Source: Escherichia coli
GTDB taxonomy: Bacteria > Pseudomonadota > Gammaproteobacteria > Enterobacterales > Enterobacteriaceae
Length of the DNA stretch: 64,000 nucleotides
Direction: 5' to 3' (one strand)
Assembly: GCF_003334305.1 (NCBI RefSeq)
Contig: NZ_QOWS01000015.1
In this document: positions 22,547 through 32,826 of the stretch, one piece after another
Layout of the letters: every line of letters begins with the position of its first letter
Position numbering within the stretch: the stretch's first letter is position 1
Translations under genes and position numbers: made by a program
Notes under the pieces: generated by a model
Database searches by the model: none
Seen by the model: the letters and a program-made list of their open reading frames with translations, nothing else
Told to the model about the DNA's origin: nothing

Positions 22547-24145
22547 TTAACGTAACGGCATAATGGGCGTGATATGTCCATTATGCCGGGCGGGCGGCGG
22601 TTGGCTGCCCGCCAGCCATTTGGGAAAATCACGTAGCGGCATCGGCTGTGCGTACAAATACCCTTGCAAAATATGCACGCCATGACGGCGCAAATACTTC
22701 GCCTGTTCTTGCGTTTCCACGCCCTCCGCCACCAGTTCAATATTCAGTCTTTGCCCCAGCGCGATGATGATATCGGTCACCGTCGAGTTAACCGCGTCAG
22801 AACCTATAGCTGCGGTAAATGACTTATCAATTTTCAGCACGTCAGGACGTAATGTTTCAAGCCAGGAAAATGAACTGTTGCCGGTGCCGAAGTCATCAAT
22901 CGCCAGTTTGACGTTTTTACGATGTAGCTCGCGGGCAATCCGATAATCAACATCCAGTAAGGCATCGCGTTCGGTGATTTCGAGGATCAGTTGCTGAATC
23001 GGGTGAGCGCTAAACCAGTACTGATTGAGATCTTTTATCAGCACACCACGGCGAAAATGGCTGGGTGCGACGTTAATGCCAACATGAAACTGACTACTCA
23101 TCGGGAAAACATGGCGCTGACGAATGGTTTCTGCCATCACATAGCGGGTCAGTGGCACAATTAAATGATGTTCTTCCGCGATAGGAATAAACACATCCGG
23201 TGAAATCCAGCCCTGACGCGGATTATTCCAGCGCAGCAAAATCTCTACACCAATACATTGCTGGCTGCGCGCATTAAGCAAAGGCTGACAGAACAATTCG
23301 AACTCATGTTGCGCCAGGCCCAGATTGATTTCGCGGGAAAAGCTCATCCGGTAAGCGGTCGCCAGCCAGGCAATGTAGCCCACCAGTAAACTTAGCAGCA
23401 CCGCCAGCGGTAATTGTGTTGGAAGATAGTGCCATGCCAGCGCCGTAGCCCCCGGACCATTAACGTTAATGGTAAAAGGAAAGCGTTGCGAAGAAACCTG
23501 ATAGTTTTCATTGTCTTCAGGTTGCGGAAGGGAATCTACCAGCCCATTACCATAGAGCAAATGCCGTTTGTCCACCGTCAGGCTGGCGCTACTGATTTGC
23601 GGCAGTTGTGGCTCAAGGAGCATTGCCGTCAGTAAGTCGATGTTAATCATCTCCATGACCCCAGCATTGCTACTGCCCGCTGCAGGCGTCCATTGAATCA
23701 AAACCGGACTGCCTTTAATCAGGGCACGGTCGATCGTCAGGCGTAAAAGTGGTTGCGGTGCAGGAAGTTCAGCCAGAATGTCCACGACGGGCACATTGCG
23801 ATAACCAAAAATGCTGGAGCAATAGAGTGTGCCGTCTTGCACCAGGCCAATGGATCGCACAGTTTGGAGTTTTGCCGCCTGTTTACGTAATGGCAAATGG
23901 GCGACAGAGCAGGGCAGACCAATCAGCGGAAGCAAGACTTCGCTACCTGCCTGTAGGGGAAGCAGTACTTTATCTAATTCCTCTACAGCGTGATTGGCGA
24001 ATTGTACTACCCGTTGTTGATTTAAGTTACGCTGTGAAATAAATCGCACGCTCAGGGTCGAAGCGAGCGTAACGAGTGCGCAAATCGTACAAACAATCAT
24101 TCGATTACGGCGATAGGTTTTAATGATCCGTTGTGCTTTTTGCAT
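22547..24145 (-). CDS. pdeD: c-di-GMP phosphodiesterase (CSS-EAL), YoaD
   Basis: ORF 22547..24175 trimmed to MQKAQRIIKT start (532 aa); C-terminal EAL-domain signatures. Confidence 0.85.
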   Translation of the reverse strand: MQKAQRIIKTYRRNRMIVCTICALVTLASTLSVRFISQRNLNQQRVVQFANHAVEELDKVLLPLQAGSEVLLPLIGLPCSVAHLPLRKQAAKLQTVRSIGLVQDGTLYCSSIFGYRNVPVVDILAELPAPQPLLRLTIDRALIKGSPVLIQWTPAAGSSNAGVMEMINIDLLTAMLLEPQLPQISSASLTVDKRHLLYGNGLVDSLPQPEDNENYQVSSQRFPFTINVNGPGATALAWHYLPTQLPLAVLLSLLVGYIAWLATAYRMSFSREINLGLAQHEFELFCQPLLNARSQQCIGVEILLRWNNPRQGWISPDVFIPIAEEHHLIVPLTRYVMAETIRQRHVFPMSSQFHVGINVAPSHFRRGVLIKDLNQYWFSAHPIQQLILEITERDALLDVDYRIARELHRKNVKLAIDDFGTGNSSFSWLETLRPDVLKIDKSFTAAIGSDAVNSTVTDIIIALGQRLNIELVAEGVETQEQAKYLRRHGVHILQGYLYAQPMPLRDFPKWLAGSQPPPARHNGHITPIMPLR

Positions 24146-24275
24146 GCGGGCCACCCTGTAAGCGTATGGCGACAAACGCCTGACGCAACAGTGGAAGTGT
24201 AGTGGGGAATATTACAGCAGACGAGAAAGCGGGTATAAATTCGCCCATCCGTTGCAGATGGGCGAGTAAGAAGTA

Positions 24276-25640
24276 TTAGTCACACTGGACTTTGATTGCC
24301 AGACCACCGCGTGAGGTTTCGCGGTATTTGGCGTTCATGTCCTTACCGGTTTCGTACATCGTTTCGATGACCTTATCCAGCGAGACGCGCGGTGCACTGG
24401 TGCGGCGCAGAGCCATCCGTGCGGCGTTAATCGCCTTCACAGAGGCAATGGCATTACGCTCAATGCACGGCACCTGAACCTGCCCTGCAACCGGGTCGCA
24501 GGTTAAACCAAGGTTGTGTTCCATGCCAATTTCCGCCGCCACGCAAACCTGTTCCGGGCTACCGCCCAGCAGTTCTGCAAGACCCGCAGCAGCCATTGAA
24601 CAGGCAACACCCACTTCGCCCTGGCAACCAACTTCCGCACCGGAAATAGAGGCGTTCATTTTATACAATGCACCAATCGCGCCCGCTGCCATAAAGTAAC
24701 GGGTATAGATGTCCGGGCTGACCGATTCAATAAAGTGGTCATAGTAAGCCAGCACTGCCGGAACGATACCGCAGGCACCGTTGGTTGGCGCAGTTACCAC
24801 ACGACCACCGGCGGCGTTTTCTTCGTTAACTGCCAGCGCAAACATGTTTACCCAGTCAATGACATTCATCGGATCGTTAGACAGTTTATCGCTGGAAACT
24901 AACATCCGGCGCAGGGCAGACGCACGACGTGGCACGCGCAGCGGGCCTGGCAGTACACCTTCGGTGTTCATCCCGCGATCGATACATGCCTGCATGGTTT
25001 GCCAGACATGCGCGAAATACTCGTCGATCTCTTTCTTGCTGTGCAGCGCCAGTTCGTTCTGCATAGCGAGACCAGACAGCGAATAGCCGGTTTCATTACA
25101 GTACGCGAGCAGTTCGGTGGCAGATTTGAACGGATACGGCACGCTCACTTCGTTGGCAGCATCCTGACCAAAGTGTTCTTCATCGACGATAAAACCGCCG
25201 CCGATGGAATAATAAGTTTTGCTGTAGACGACTTCATCGCCGTTATAGGCGTGGATTTGCATACCGTTTTCATGCAGCGGCAGGTTGCCGTTATGAAAAC
25301 GCATCCCGTTGTCGCGCGGGAAATCCACTTCATGCCGTCCCTGTGCCAGCAGCAGACGTTCGCGCTCTTCTACGTCGCGAATAAAACCGGGAATACTGTC
25401 GATATCCACGGTGGCAGGTTCGTTACCTGCAAGACCCATAATAATGGCGATATCGGTGTGGTGGCCTTTACCCGTCAGCGACAGTGAACCATAAACGTCC
25501 ACGGCAACGCGAGTAACGCTATCCAGTAAGCCTTTTTCGACCAGATCATCGACGAACTGTTTACCCGCCTTCATAGGCCCTACGGTATGGGAAGATGAGG
25601 GACCAATCCCCACCTTAAACATGTCGAATAGACTAATCAC
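24276..25640 (-). CDS. sdaA: L-serine dehydratase 1
   Basis: 454-aa ORF; synteny. Confidence 0.95.
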   Translation of the reverse strand: MISLFDMFKVGIGPSSSHTVGPMKAGKQFVDDLVEKGLLDSVTRVAVDVYGSLSLTGKGHHTDIAIIMGLAGNEPATVDIDSIPGFIRDVEERERLLLAQGRHEVDFPRDNGMRFHNGNLPLHENGMQIHAYNGDEVVYSKTYYSIGGGFIVDEEHFGQDAANEVSVPYPFKSATELLAYCNETGYSLSGLAMQNELALHSKKEIDEYFAHVWQTMQACIDRGMNTEGVLPGPLRVPRRASALRRMLVSSDKLSNDPMNVIDWVNMFALAVNEENAAGGRVVTAPTNGACGIVPAVLAYYDHFIESVSPDIYTRYFMAAGAIGALYKMNASISGAEVGCQGEVGVACSMAAAGLAELLGGSPEQVCVAAEIGMEHNLGLTCDPVAGQVQVPCIERNAIASVKAINAARMALRRTSAPRVSLDKVIETMYETGKDMNAKYRETSRGGLAIKVQCD

Positions 25641-25823
25641 GATAATACTCCTGACAAGGTGACTGGACTTCCAGTAACGAACTAATAACAGCGCATAGTG
25701 TAAGAGGGAACGCGGCGACTGGCTTAACTATTCACATGAATTAAACTAATCAAAAACCGCGATTTAACTAATATTGCGATGATTGTCTCAAGTAGTGTTT
25801 TGTAGATGTAAAGATAAGTATAG

Positions 25824-26402
25824 TCAGGGTTTCACACCAATTTGCAGCGCCAGCTCACGAATTATGCCTGCGGTCATTCCCCATACAAAATACTGTTCGT
25901 ACCAGGACAGCCATACCCGATGTGAATCGCCACGGCGGTAGATATCTAAAGGGTGATAACGACCCAGATGTAATGCCTGGGCGAGCGGCATTTCAAACAC
26001 CGCCGAGACTTCATCTTCACTGGCGCGATACGGCAGATCGGGCGGGATAATGCCGACCACTGGGGTTACCTGATAGCCAGTTACGCTATCGACGGGCGGC
26101 AGCACGCCGATAACTTCAACGGCGGAAGGCGGTATAGCGACCTCTTCTTCAGCTTCGCGCAGCGCGGCGGCGATAACTGATGCGTCCGTGTCATCGACTG
26201 CACCTCCAGGGAATGCCACTTGTCCAGCGTGTTTACGCAGATGAATTGAACGCTGAGTCAGCAACAACCCCGGTTGCGGTCGACGGACGATGGGGATTAA
26301 CACGGCAGCCTGACGATGATTTAGGGTTTCCCGGTTAATTTGCGGGCGCAAAAGTTGAAAGCGAGATAAAAAATCATCAAGCGTCAGGCTACGGTATTCC
26401 AC
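25824..26402 (-). CDS. nudL: Nudix hydrolase NudL (YeaB)
   Basis: 192-aa ORF with Nudix box [22 protein letters not shown]. Confidence 0.9.
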
Positions 26403-26405
26403 GTC

Positions 26406-27767
26406 TTACTTCTCCAGTTGGCGTAATATCTTATTAACTTTATCAAAAGTTTCCTGATATTCCGCTTCTTCCTGGCTATCGGCGACAATTCCACCGCCCG
26501 CAGAGCAGTATATTTGTCCGTTAATGGCAGTCAGCGTGCGGATAGTAATGCTGGTATCCATGTTGCCGCAAAAGCTCAAATAGCCAATGCTGCCGCACCA
26601 GGCATTACGTCGCTGCGGTTCCAGTTCGTCGATAATTTCCATAGCCCGTACTTTCGGAGCCCCGGTTATTGAGCCACCAGGAAAAGCTGCGCGCAGCAGA
26701 TCGCTGGCGTGTAACTGTTCTGGTAGTCGCGCCGTTATAGTGCTGACCAGATGATGCACGGCAGGGAAGGGTTCCACCACGAACAGCTCTGGTACTTTTA
26801 CCGAACCGGCTACGGCAACACGACCGATATCATTACGCATTAAATCGACAATCATCAGATTTTCGGCACGATCTTTCGCTGAGTTCGCCAGTTTTTCTGC
26901 TTGTTTGCTATCTTCCTGAGGATCGGGCAGGCGTGGTAGCGTGCCTTTAATCGGGCGGGTCTGGATTTCACTATTATCACAAAGAATAAACCGCTCTGGC
27001 GAAAGGCTTAAAATTGCACCCTGTTCAAGACGTAAAAAAGCGCTAAATGGCGCGCGGTTGGCCTGATTAAGCTGAAGGAATGCCTGCCATTCATCGCCAG
27101 AATAGGTCGCATGAAAACGCTGGGCGAGATTCACCTGATAGCAATCACCGCTGTGCAGATATTCCTGTACCTGGCGAAATTTTTCGCCGTACTGCTCGCG
27201 GGTCATATTGGATTGCCAGTCGGAAGTGAGCGTGAAATCTTCCTGCGGCGAGAATTGCTGGCTTTCCAGCCAGGCCCGACGGGCATTGACATCATTATGA
27301 CTCAGCAAAGAAACTGTATGACGCTGGTGGTCGACAATGAGCGCCCAATCGTAGATACCCACTGCCATATCCGGCAGAACGATATCTTGTTCCGCAATTT
27401 CTGGCAGTGACTCAAAACGGCGGCCCAGATCGTAGCCAAACAACCCCAGTGCGCCGCCCTGAAATGGCAAATCTTCGTTATGCGTTGGGCGAATGTCTGC
27501 GCGATCCAGCACCTGCTGGAGCACCTGTAGCGGGTCATCAGTGGTCGTTGTGCGTTTTTCGCTTTCACTAACAACGGTTTCTTTACCGAAAGTGGTTAAA
27601 GTGCAAATCGGATCGGCGACCACAATATCAAAGCGGCTATACGGATGATCGGCATAGCCGGAGTGTAAAAGCATCGCCCACGGCAGGTGGCTTAAGCGGG
27701 AGAAATAAAATTCAGCGGCGTCCTGACGCCAGGGTAAAGTAATCACAGCGGGAGATAACGTCTTCAT
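26406..27767 (-). CDS. pabB: Aminodeoxychorismate synthase component 1
   Basis: 453-aa ORF, chorismate-binding enzyme family. Confidence 0.95.
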   Translation of the reverse strand: MKTLSPAVITLPWRQDAAEFYFSRLSHLPWAMLLHSGYADHPYSRFDIVVADPICTLTTFGKETVVSESEKRTTTTDDPLQVLQQVLDRADIRPTHNEDLPFQGGALGLFGYDLGRRFESLPEIAEQDIVLPDMAVGIYDWALIVDHQRHTVSLLSHNDVNARRAWLESQQFSPQEDFTLTSDWQSNMTREQYGEKFRQVQEYLHSGDCYQVNLAQRFHATYSGDEWQAFLQLNQANRAPFSAFLRLEQGAILSLSPERFILCDNSEIQTRPIKGTLPRLPDPQEDSKQAEKLANSAKDRAENLMIVDLMRNDIGRVAVAGSVKVPELFVVEPFPAVHHLVSTITARLPEQLHASDLLRAAFPGGSITGAPKVRAMEIIDELEPQRRNAWCGSIGYLSFCGNMDTSITIRTLTAINGQIYCSAGGGIVADSQEEAEYQETFDKVNKILRQLEK

Positions 27768-27840
27768 CAGTCCTGACTCTACTGGCTATGTGCCGGGTAG
27801 CATGAAATAATTAGCGCCAACAATTTAGCAGGAGTTAACA

Positions 27841-28020
27841 ATGTTTGCAGGTTTACCTTCACTCACCCATGAACAGCAGCAAAAAGCTGTCGAGCGGATC
27901 CAGGAACTGATGGCACAAGGGATGAGCAGCGGCCAGGCAATCGCGCTGGTGGCAGAAGAGCTGCGTGCCAACCACTCCGGCGAGCGAATCGTGGCGCGTT
28001 TTGAGGATGAAGACGAGTAA
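27841..28020 (+). CDS. yoaH: Small protein YoaH (59 aa, UPF0181)
   Basis: Read directly from sequence: [59 protein letters not shown]. Confidence 0.8.
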
Positions 28021-28139
28021 CACACTAATCCGTATCGATTTCGTTATAGAATCCGATGATTATTTGATTGTGAGAAAAAGGACGCTTTTTATATGTGATT
28101 AAAAGCGTCCTGACCCATTTATGCTGATATAAATTAAGC

Positions 28140-28439
28140 TCAGACCAGTGCTTTTAGTTCTTCCTGCATATATGTTGAAAAGTATTCAGGATTTTTAATT
28201 ACAGTGCGTTCACCAGACTCCATTTTTTTTGCCCATCCAACCATTTTTTCCGTGAACCCAGGGTTCCAGCCTTCCTGGTCAGCTCGCGCCGTAATATCAG
28301 CGGCACTCGCGGGTACTCCCAGTTCTTTTAAATATTTAAAGATTCCCTTCGCTGTGCTTTCATTCATCGAACTTGGTGTTGGCGCTGATACATCCATGGC
28401 ACCAATGAAATCCAGGGCTTTATCTATTACAGCAGGCAT
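28140..28439 (-). CDS. yoaC: DUF1889 protein YoaC
   Basis: ORF 28140..28499 trimmed to MPAVIDKALD start (99 aa); start uncertain. Confidence 0.7.
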   Translation of the reverse strand: MPAVIDKALDFIGAMDVSAPTPSSMNESTAKGIFKYLKELGVPASAADITARADQEGWNPGFTEKMVGWAKKMESGERTVIKNPEYFSTYMQEELKALV

Positions 28440-28861
28440 ATTCTTATCCTTAAAATTAACCATGTTATCGATAAGACTATATATGACCTTAATTTGCATC
28501 TAATATCAAAGGGATTATAACGATATGGCACGAGTTAACCTGTTGACATTCAGGTGTTTTAAAGGTAGCAGCTCATGGTGTGTTATCCAGTAAGATGGAG
28601 AAATTTAACGGTCAGTCCTCACGCTATAACCAGATTATTCAGCTAAGAAAGAAAACCAGAGTTGCTAGTCAGAGGGCGAACACAACGGCATGGTTATGGT
28701 TATTTATATAGTTAGTTTTATAGATAAAATTGAAATTATAAAAATAAATAATGAATTAGCAGGAGCATCAACAGGTAATATCTTAATCTCTGGTCGATTT
28801 ATGTAAAACCGACCAGTATTATCGATAAATTATCGTCTGACTTATTTTGCTTCGATAAAGC

Positions 28862-29206
28862 TTACACCGCAGCCACAATCTTAATTTCAACTTTATACTT
28901 CGGGTTCATCAAACCCGCTTGTACCGTGCAGCGCACCGGCGCATGACCCGCGACAACCCAGGCATCCCACGCTTTATTCATCGCCGCGAAGTCGTTTTTA
29001 TCGGCCAGGAAAATGGTGGCATCCAGAATGCTCGATTTATTGCTGCCCTGTTTTTCCAGCACGGCATCAATCTGCGCCAGCGTGTTGGCGGTTTGCTCAA
29101 AGGCATCGGCGTCGAGGTTTTCCGGTACACCAGTGTAGTAGAGCGTGTTGTTGTGGATTACCACATCAGACCAGCGGGCTTCAGCATCGATACGAACGAT
29201 AGTCAT
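28862..29206 (-). CDS. yoaB: RidA/YjgF-family protein YoaB
   Basis: ORF 28862..29254 trimmed to MTIVRIDAEA start (114 aa). Confidence 0.8.
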   Translation of the reverse strand: MTIVRIDAEARWSDVVIHNNTLYYTGVPENLDADAFEQTANTLAQIDAVLEKQGSNKSSILDATIFLADKNDFAAMNKAWDAWVVAGHAPVRCTVQAGLMNPKYKVEIKIVAAV

Positions 29207-29313
29207 CATTTTGTCCTCATTATCCTTCCATTTTCGTGCTGCAAAGACTGCCACAATGTGAGGTCGCCGTCACCACTTCAACTGGCGAAAGCGCCCTCAT
29301 CCTGACATAATCC

Positions 29314-29329
29314 CTGTTCAAATCAACAG
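29314..29329. promoter_or_regulatory. LexA (SOS) box upstream of yoaA
   Basis: Exact CTGT-N8-ACAG palindrome CTGTTCAAATCAACAG, 9 bp before the yoaA GTG start. Confidence 0.65.
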
Positions 29330-29337
29330 GGGGTAGT

Positions 29338-31248
29338 GTGACGGACGATTTTGCACCAGACGGTCAGCTGGCGAAAGCGATACCAGGCTTTAAGCCGCGA
29401 GAACCACAGCGACAGATGGCGGTAGCCGTCACCCAGGCGATAGAAAAAGGCCAGCCGCTGGTGGTGGAAGCAGGAACCGGTACGGGCAAAACCTACGCTT
29501 ACCTGGCTCCTGCGCTGCGGGCGAAAAAGAAAGTCATTATCTCGACCGGCTCAAAAGCGTTGCAGGATCAGCTCTACAGCCGCGATTTGCCAACAGTCTC
29601 AAAGGCATTGAAATATACGGGCAACGTGGCGCTGCTGAAAGGGCGCTCAAACTACCTCTGCCTCGAACGTCTCGAACAGCAGGCGCTGGCGGGGGGCGAT
29701 CTGCCGGTACAAATCTTAAGCGATGTGATCCTGCTGCGCTCCTGGTCTAATCAAACAGTCGATGGTGATATCAGCACCTGCGTCAGCGTGGCGGAAGATT
29801 CACAGGCGTGGCCGCTGGTCACCAGCACCAACGACAACTGTCTTGGCAGCGACTGCCCGATGTATAAAGATTGCTTTGTGGTCAAAGCACGTAAAAAAGC
29901 GATGGACGCCGATGTGGTGGTGGTAAACCATCATCTCTTTCTGGCGGATATGGTGGTTAAAGAGAGTGGATTTGGCGAACTGATCCCGGAAGCGGACGTC
30001 ATGATCTTCGACGAAGCCCACCAGCTACCGGACATTGCCAGCCAGTATTTTGGTCAGTCACTCTCCAGTCGACAACTGCTCGACCTGGCAAAAGACATCA
30101 CCATCGCTTACCGCACCGAATTAAAAGACACCCAGCAGTTACAAAAGTGCGCTGATCGTCTTGCCCAGAGTGCGCAGGATTTTCGTCTGCAACTCGGTGA
30201 GCCAGGTTATCGCGGTAACCTGCGTGAGCTGTTAGCTAATCCGCAAATTCAGCGGGCATTTTTACTGCTCGATGACACCCTGGAACTTTGTTATGACGTG
30301 GCGAAACTGTCACTGGGGCGTTCCGCCTTGCTGGATGCGGCATTTGAGCGCGCCACGTTGTATCGCACACGGCTGAAGCGGCTAAAAGAGATCAATCAGC
30401 CGGGCTACAGCTACTGGTACGAATGCACTTCGCGCCATTTTACTCTGGCTCTCACGCCGCTCAGCGTGGCGGATAAATTCAAAGAGTTAATGGCGCAAAA
30501 GCCCGGTAGCTGGATCTTCACCTCAGCAACGCTGTCGGTGAACGACGATCTGCATCATTTCACCTCGCGGCTTGGGATAGAACAGGCGGAGTCGTTGCTA
30601 TTGCCAAGCCCGTTTGATTACAGCCGCCAGGCGTTACTCTGTGTGCCGCGCAATCTGCCGCAAACCAACCAGCCAGGTTCTGCTCGCCAGTTAGCGGCAA
30701 TGCTGCGACCGATCATCGAAGCTAACAACGGTCGTTGTTTTATGCTTTGTACCTCGCACGCCATGATGCGCGATCTGGCCGAGCAGTTCCGCGCTACCAT
30801 GACGCTTCCCGTTTTGTTGCAGGGGGAAACCAGCAAAGGGCAACTGTTGCAGCAATTTGTCAGCGCCGGTAACGCGCTTCTTGTGGCAACCAGTAGTTTC
30901 TGGGAAGGGGTGGACGTGCGTGGCGATACATTGTCATTGGTGATTATCGACAAGTTGCCGTTTACCTCACCGGATGACCCGCTGTTAAAAGCGCGCATGG
31001 AAGATTGCCGTTTGCGCGGTGGCGACCCGTTCGATGAAGTGCAACTACCAGATGCCGTCATTACTCTCAAACAAGGGGTAGGGCGACTGATTCGCGACGC
31101 CGACGATCGTGGCGTGCTGGTGATTTGTGACAATCGGCTGGTGATGCGCCCTTACGGCGCGACGTTTCTCGCCAGTCTGCCGCCCGCGCCACGCACCCGT
31201 GACATTGCCCGTGCGGTTCGTTTCCTTGCGATACCATCCTCCAGGTAA
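29338..31248 (+). CDS. yoaA: DinG-family ATP-dependent helicase YoaA
   Basis: 636-aa ORF with Walker A AGTGTGKT, DEAH box, Cys cluster for Fe-S; GTG start. Confidence 0.9.
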   Translation: MTDDFAPDGQLAKAIPGFKPREPQRQMAVAVTQAIEKGQPLVVEAGTGTGKTYAYLAPALRAKKKVIISTGSKALQDQLYSRDLPTVSKALKYTGNVALLKGRSNYLCLERLEQQALAGGDLPVQILSDVILLRSWSNQTVDGDISTCVSVAEDSQAWPLVTSTNDNCLGSDCPMYKDCFVVKARKKAMDADVVVVNHHLFLADMVVKESGFGELIPEADVMIFDEAHQLPDIASQYFGQSLSSRQLLDLAKDITIAYRTELKDTQQLQKCADRLAQSAQDFRLQLGEPGYRGNLRELLANPQIQRAFLLLDDTLELCYDVAKLSLGRSALLDAAFERATLYRTRLKRLKEINQPGYSYWYECTSRHFTLALTPLSVADKFKELMAQKPGSWIFTSATLSVNDDLHHFTSRLGIEQAESLLLPSPFDYSRQALLCVPRNLPQTNQPGSARQLAAMLRPIIEANNGRCFMLCTSHAMMRDLAEQFRATMTLPVLLQGETSKGQLLQQFVSAGNALLVATSSFWEGVDVRGDTLSLVIIDKLPFTSPDDPLLKARMEDCRLRGGDPFDEVQLPDAVITLKQGVGRLIRDADDRGVLVICDNRLVMRPYGATFLASLPPAPRTRDIARAVRFLAIPSSR

Positions 31249-31305
31249 TTTGTTACGGAGTATGGTATGATGCGCGCCTTTTTATTGATCTAAGCACGAA
31301 GACCC

Positions 31306-32001
31306 ATGCGAATTCTGGCTATCGATACCGCGACAGAGGCCTGCTCTGTCGCCCTGTGGAACGACGGTACTGTCAACGCTCATTTTGAGCTTTGCCCTCG
31401 TGAACATACTCAACGAATCTTACCGATGGTGCAGGATATCCTGACCACCAGCGGAACTTCCCTGACTGATATTAACGCTCTGGCTTACGGGCGCGGCCCC
31501 GGTAGCTTTACTGGCGTGCGCATTGGTATTGGCATCGCGCAAGGGCTGGCGCTTGGCGCGGAATTACCGATGATTGGCGTCTCCACGCTAATGACGATGG
31601 CGCAAGGGGCGTGGCGCAAAAACGGCGCAACCCGTGTGCTGGCAGCCATTGACGCGCGAATGGGCGAAGTTTACTGGGCCGAATATCAGCGTGATGAAAA
31701 CGGTATCTGGCACGGTGAAGAAACCGAAGCCGTACTCAAACCCGAAATCGTCCATGAACGAATGCAACAGCTTTCCGGCGAATGGGTGACGGTAGGGACG
31801 GGCTGGCAAGCCTGGCCGGATCTCGGTAAAGAGAGCGGGCTGGTTTTGCGCGATGGCGAAGTGTTACTGCCCGCTGCAGAAGATATGCTGCCGATTGCTT
31901 GTCAGATATTTGCCGAGGGTAAAACGGTGGCGGTGGAACATGCCGAGCCGGTTTATTTGCGTAACAACGTCGCATGGAAGAAACTTCCGGGCAAAGAATG
32001 A
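31306..32001 (+). CDS. tsaB: tRNA t6A37 biosynthesis protein TsaB (YeaZ)
   Basis: 231-aa ORF beginning [12 protein letters not shown]. Confidence 0.9.
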   Translation: MRILAIDTATEACSVALWNDGTVNAHFELCPREHTQRILPMVQDILTTSGTSLTDINALAYGRGPGSFTGVRIGIGIAQGLALGAELPMIGVSTLMTMAQGAWRKNGATRVLAAIDARMGEVYWAEYQRDENGIWHGEETEAVLKPEIVHERMQQLSGEWVTVGTGWQAWPDLGKESGLVLRDGEVLLPAAEDMLPIACQIFAEGKTVAVEHAEPVYLRNNVAWKKLPGKE

Positions 32002-32040
32002 ATCTTAAGAGTATGCCCTGAGAAAAAAAGGAGTCGCATC

Positions 32041-32622
32041 ATGGCGGTTCAAAAGAATGTTATCAAAGGCATACTGGCAGGTACGTTTGCGCTAATGCTG
32101 AGCGGTTGTGTCACTGTGCCGGACGCCATTAAAGGCAGCAGTCCCACGCCGCAACAAGATTTAGTTCGGGTGATGAGTGCGCCGCAGCTGTACGTTGGTC
32201 AGGAGGCACGCTTTGGTGGCAAAGTGGTTGCGGTACAAAACCAGCAAGGGAAAACCCGCCTGGAAATTGCTACTGTACCGCTGGACAGCGGAGCCAGACC
32301 GACGCTGGGAGAACCTTCTCGCGGTCGCATTTATGCCGATGTGAACGGTTTTCTGGACCCGGTGGATTTCCGTGGACAACTGGTTACGGTAGTCGGGCCA
32401 ATCACTGGTGCGGTTGACGGCAAAATCGGCAATACGCCCTATAAATTTATGGTGATGCAAGTAACGGGTTACAAACGTTGGCATTTAACCCAGCAGGTGA
32501 TTATGCCGCCTCAGCCGATTGATCCATGGTTTTATGGCGGTCGTGGCTGGCCCTATGGCTACGGCGGATGGGGCTGGTATAATCCCGGCCCCGCGAGAGT
32601 ACAAACAGTTGTAACTGAATAA
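32041..32622 (+). CDS. yeaY: Slp-family outer-membrane lipoprotein YeaY
   Basis: 193-aa ORF with lipobox LSGC. Confidence 0.85.
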
Positions 32623-32644
32623 TTGCTTGTTTTTAAAGAAAAAG

Positions 32645-32672
32645 AAACAGCGGCTGGTCCGCTGTTTCTGCA
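32645..32672 (+). terminator. yeaY terminator hairpin (overlaps distal FadR operator)
   Basis: AAACAGCGG-loop-CCGCTGTTT followed by TCTGCATTCTT. Confidence 0.55.
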
Positions 32673-32737
32673 TTCTTACGGTAAAGATAAAAATAAATAG
32701 TGACGCGCTTCGCAACCTTTTCGTTGGGTAATTATCA

Positions 32738-32754
32738 AGCTGGTATGATGAGTT
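32738..32754. promoter_or_regulatory. FadR operator in fadD promoter (proximal site); second FadR-like site at about 32648-32664
   Basis: AGCTGGTATGATGAGTT and GGCTGGTCCGCTGTTTC match the FadR consensus pattern TGGT-N-GA(C)C. Confidence 0.5.
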
Positions 32755-32826
32755 AATATTATGTTAACGGCATGTATATCATTTGGGGTTGCGATGACGA
32801 CGAACACGCATTTTAGAGGTGAAGAA

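Noticed and set aside
28075-28115. Inverted repeat between convergent yoaH and yoaC, considered as a bidirectional terminator
   Set aside because: The arms (AAAAAGGACGCTTTT / AAAAGCGTCCT) pair only imperfectly and I could not settle the stem boundaries; left uncalled.
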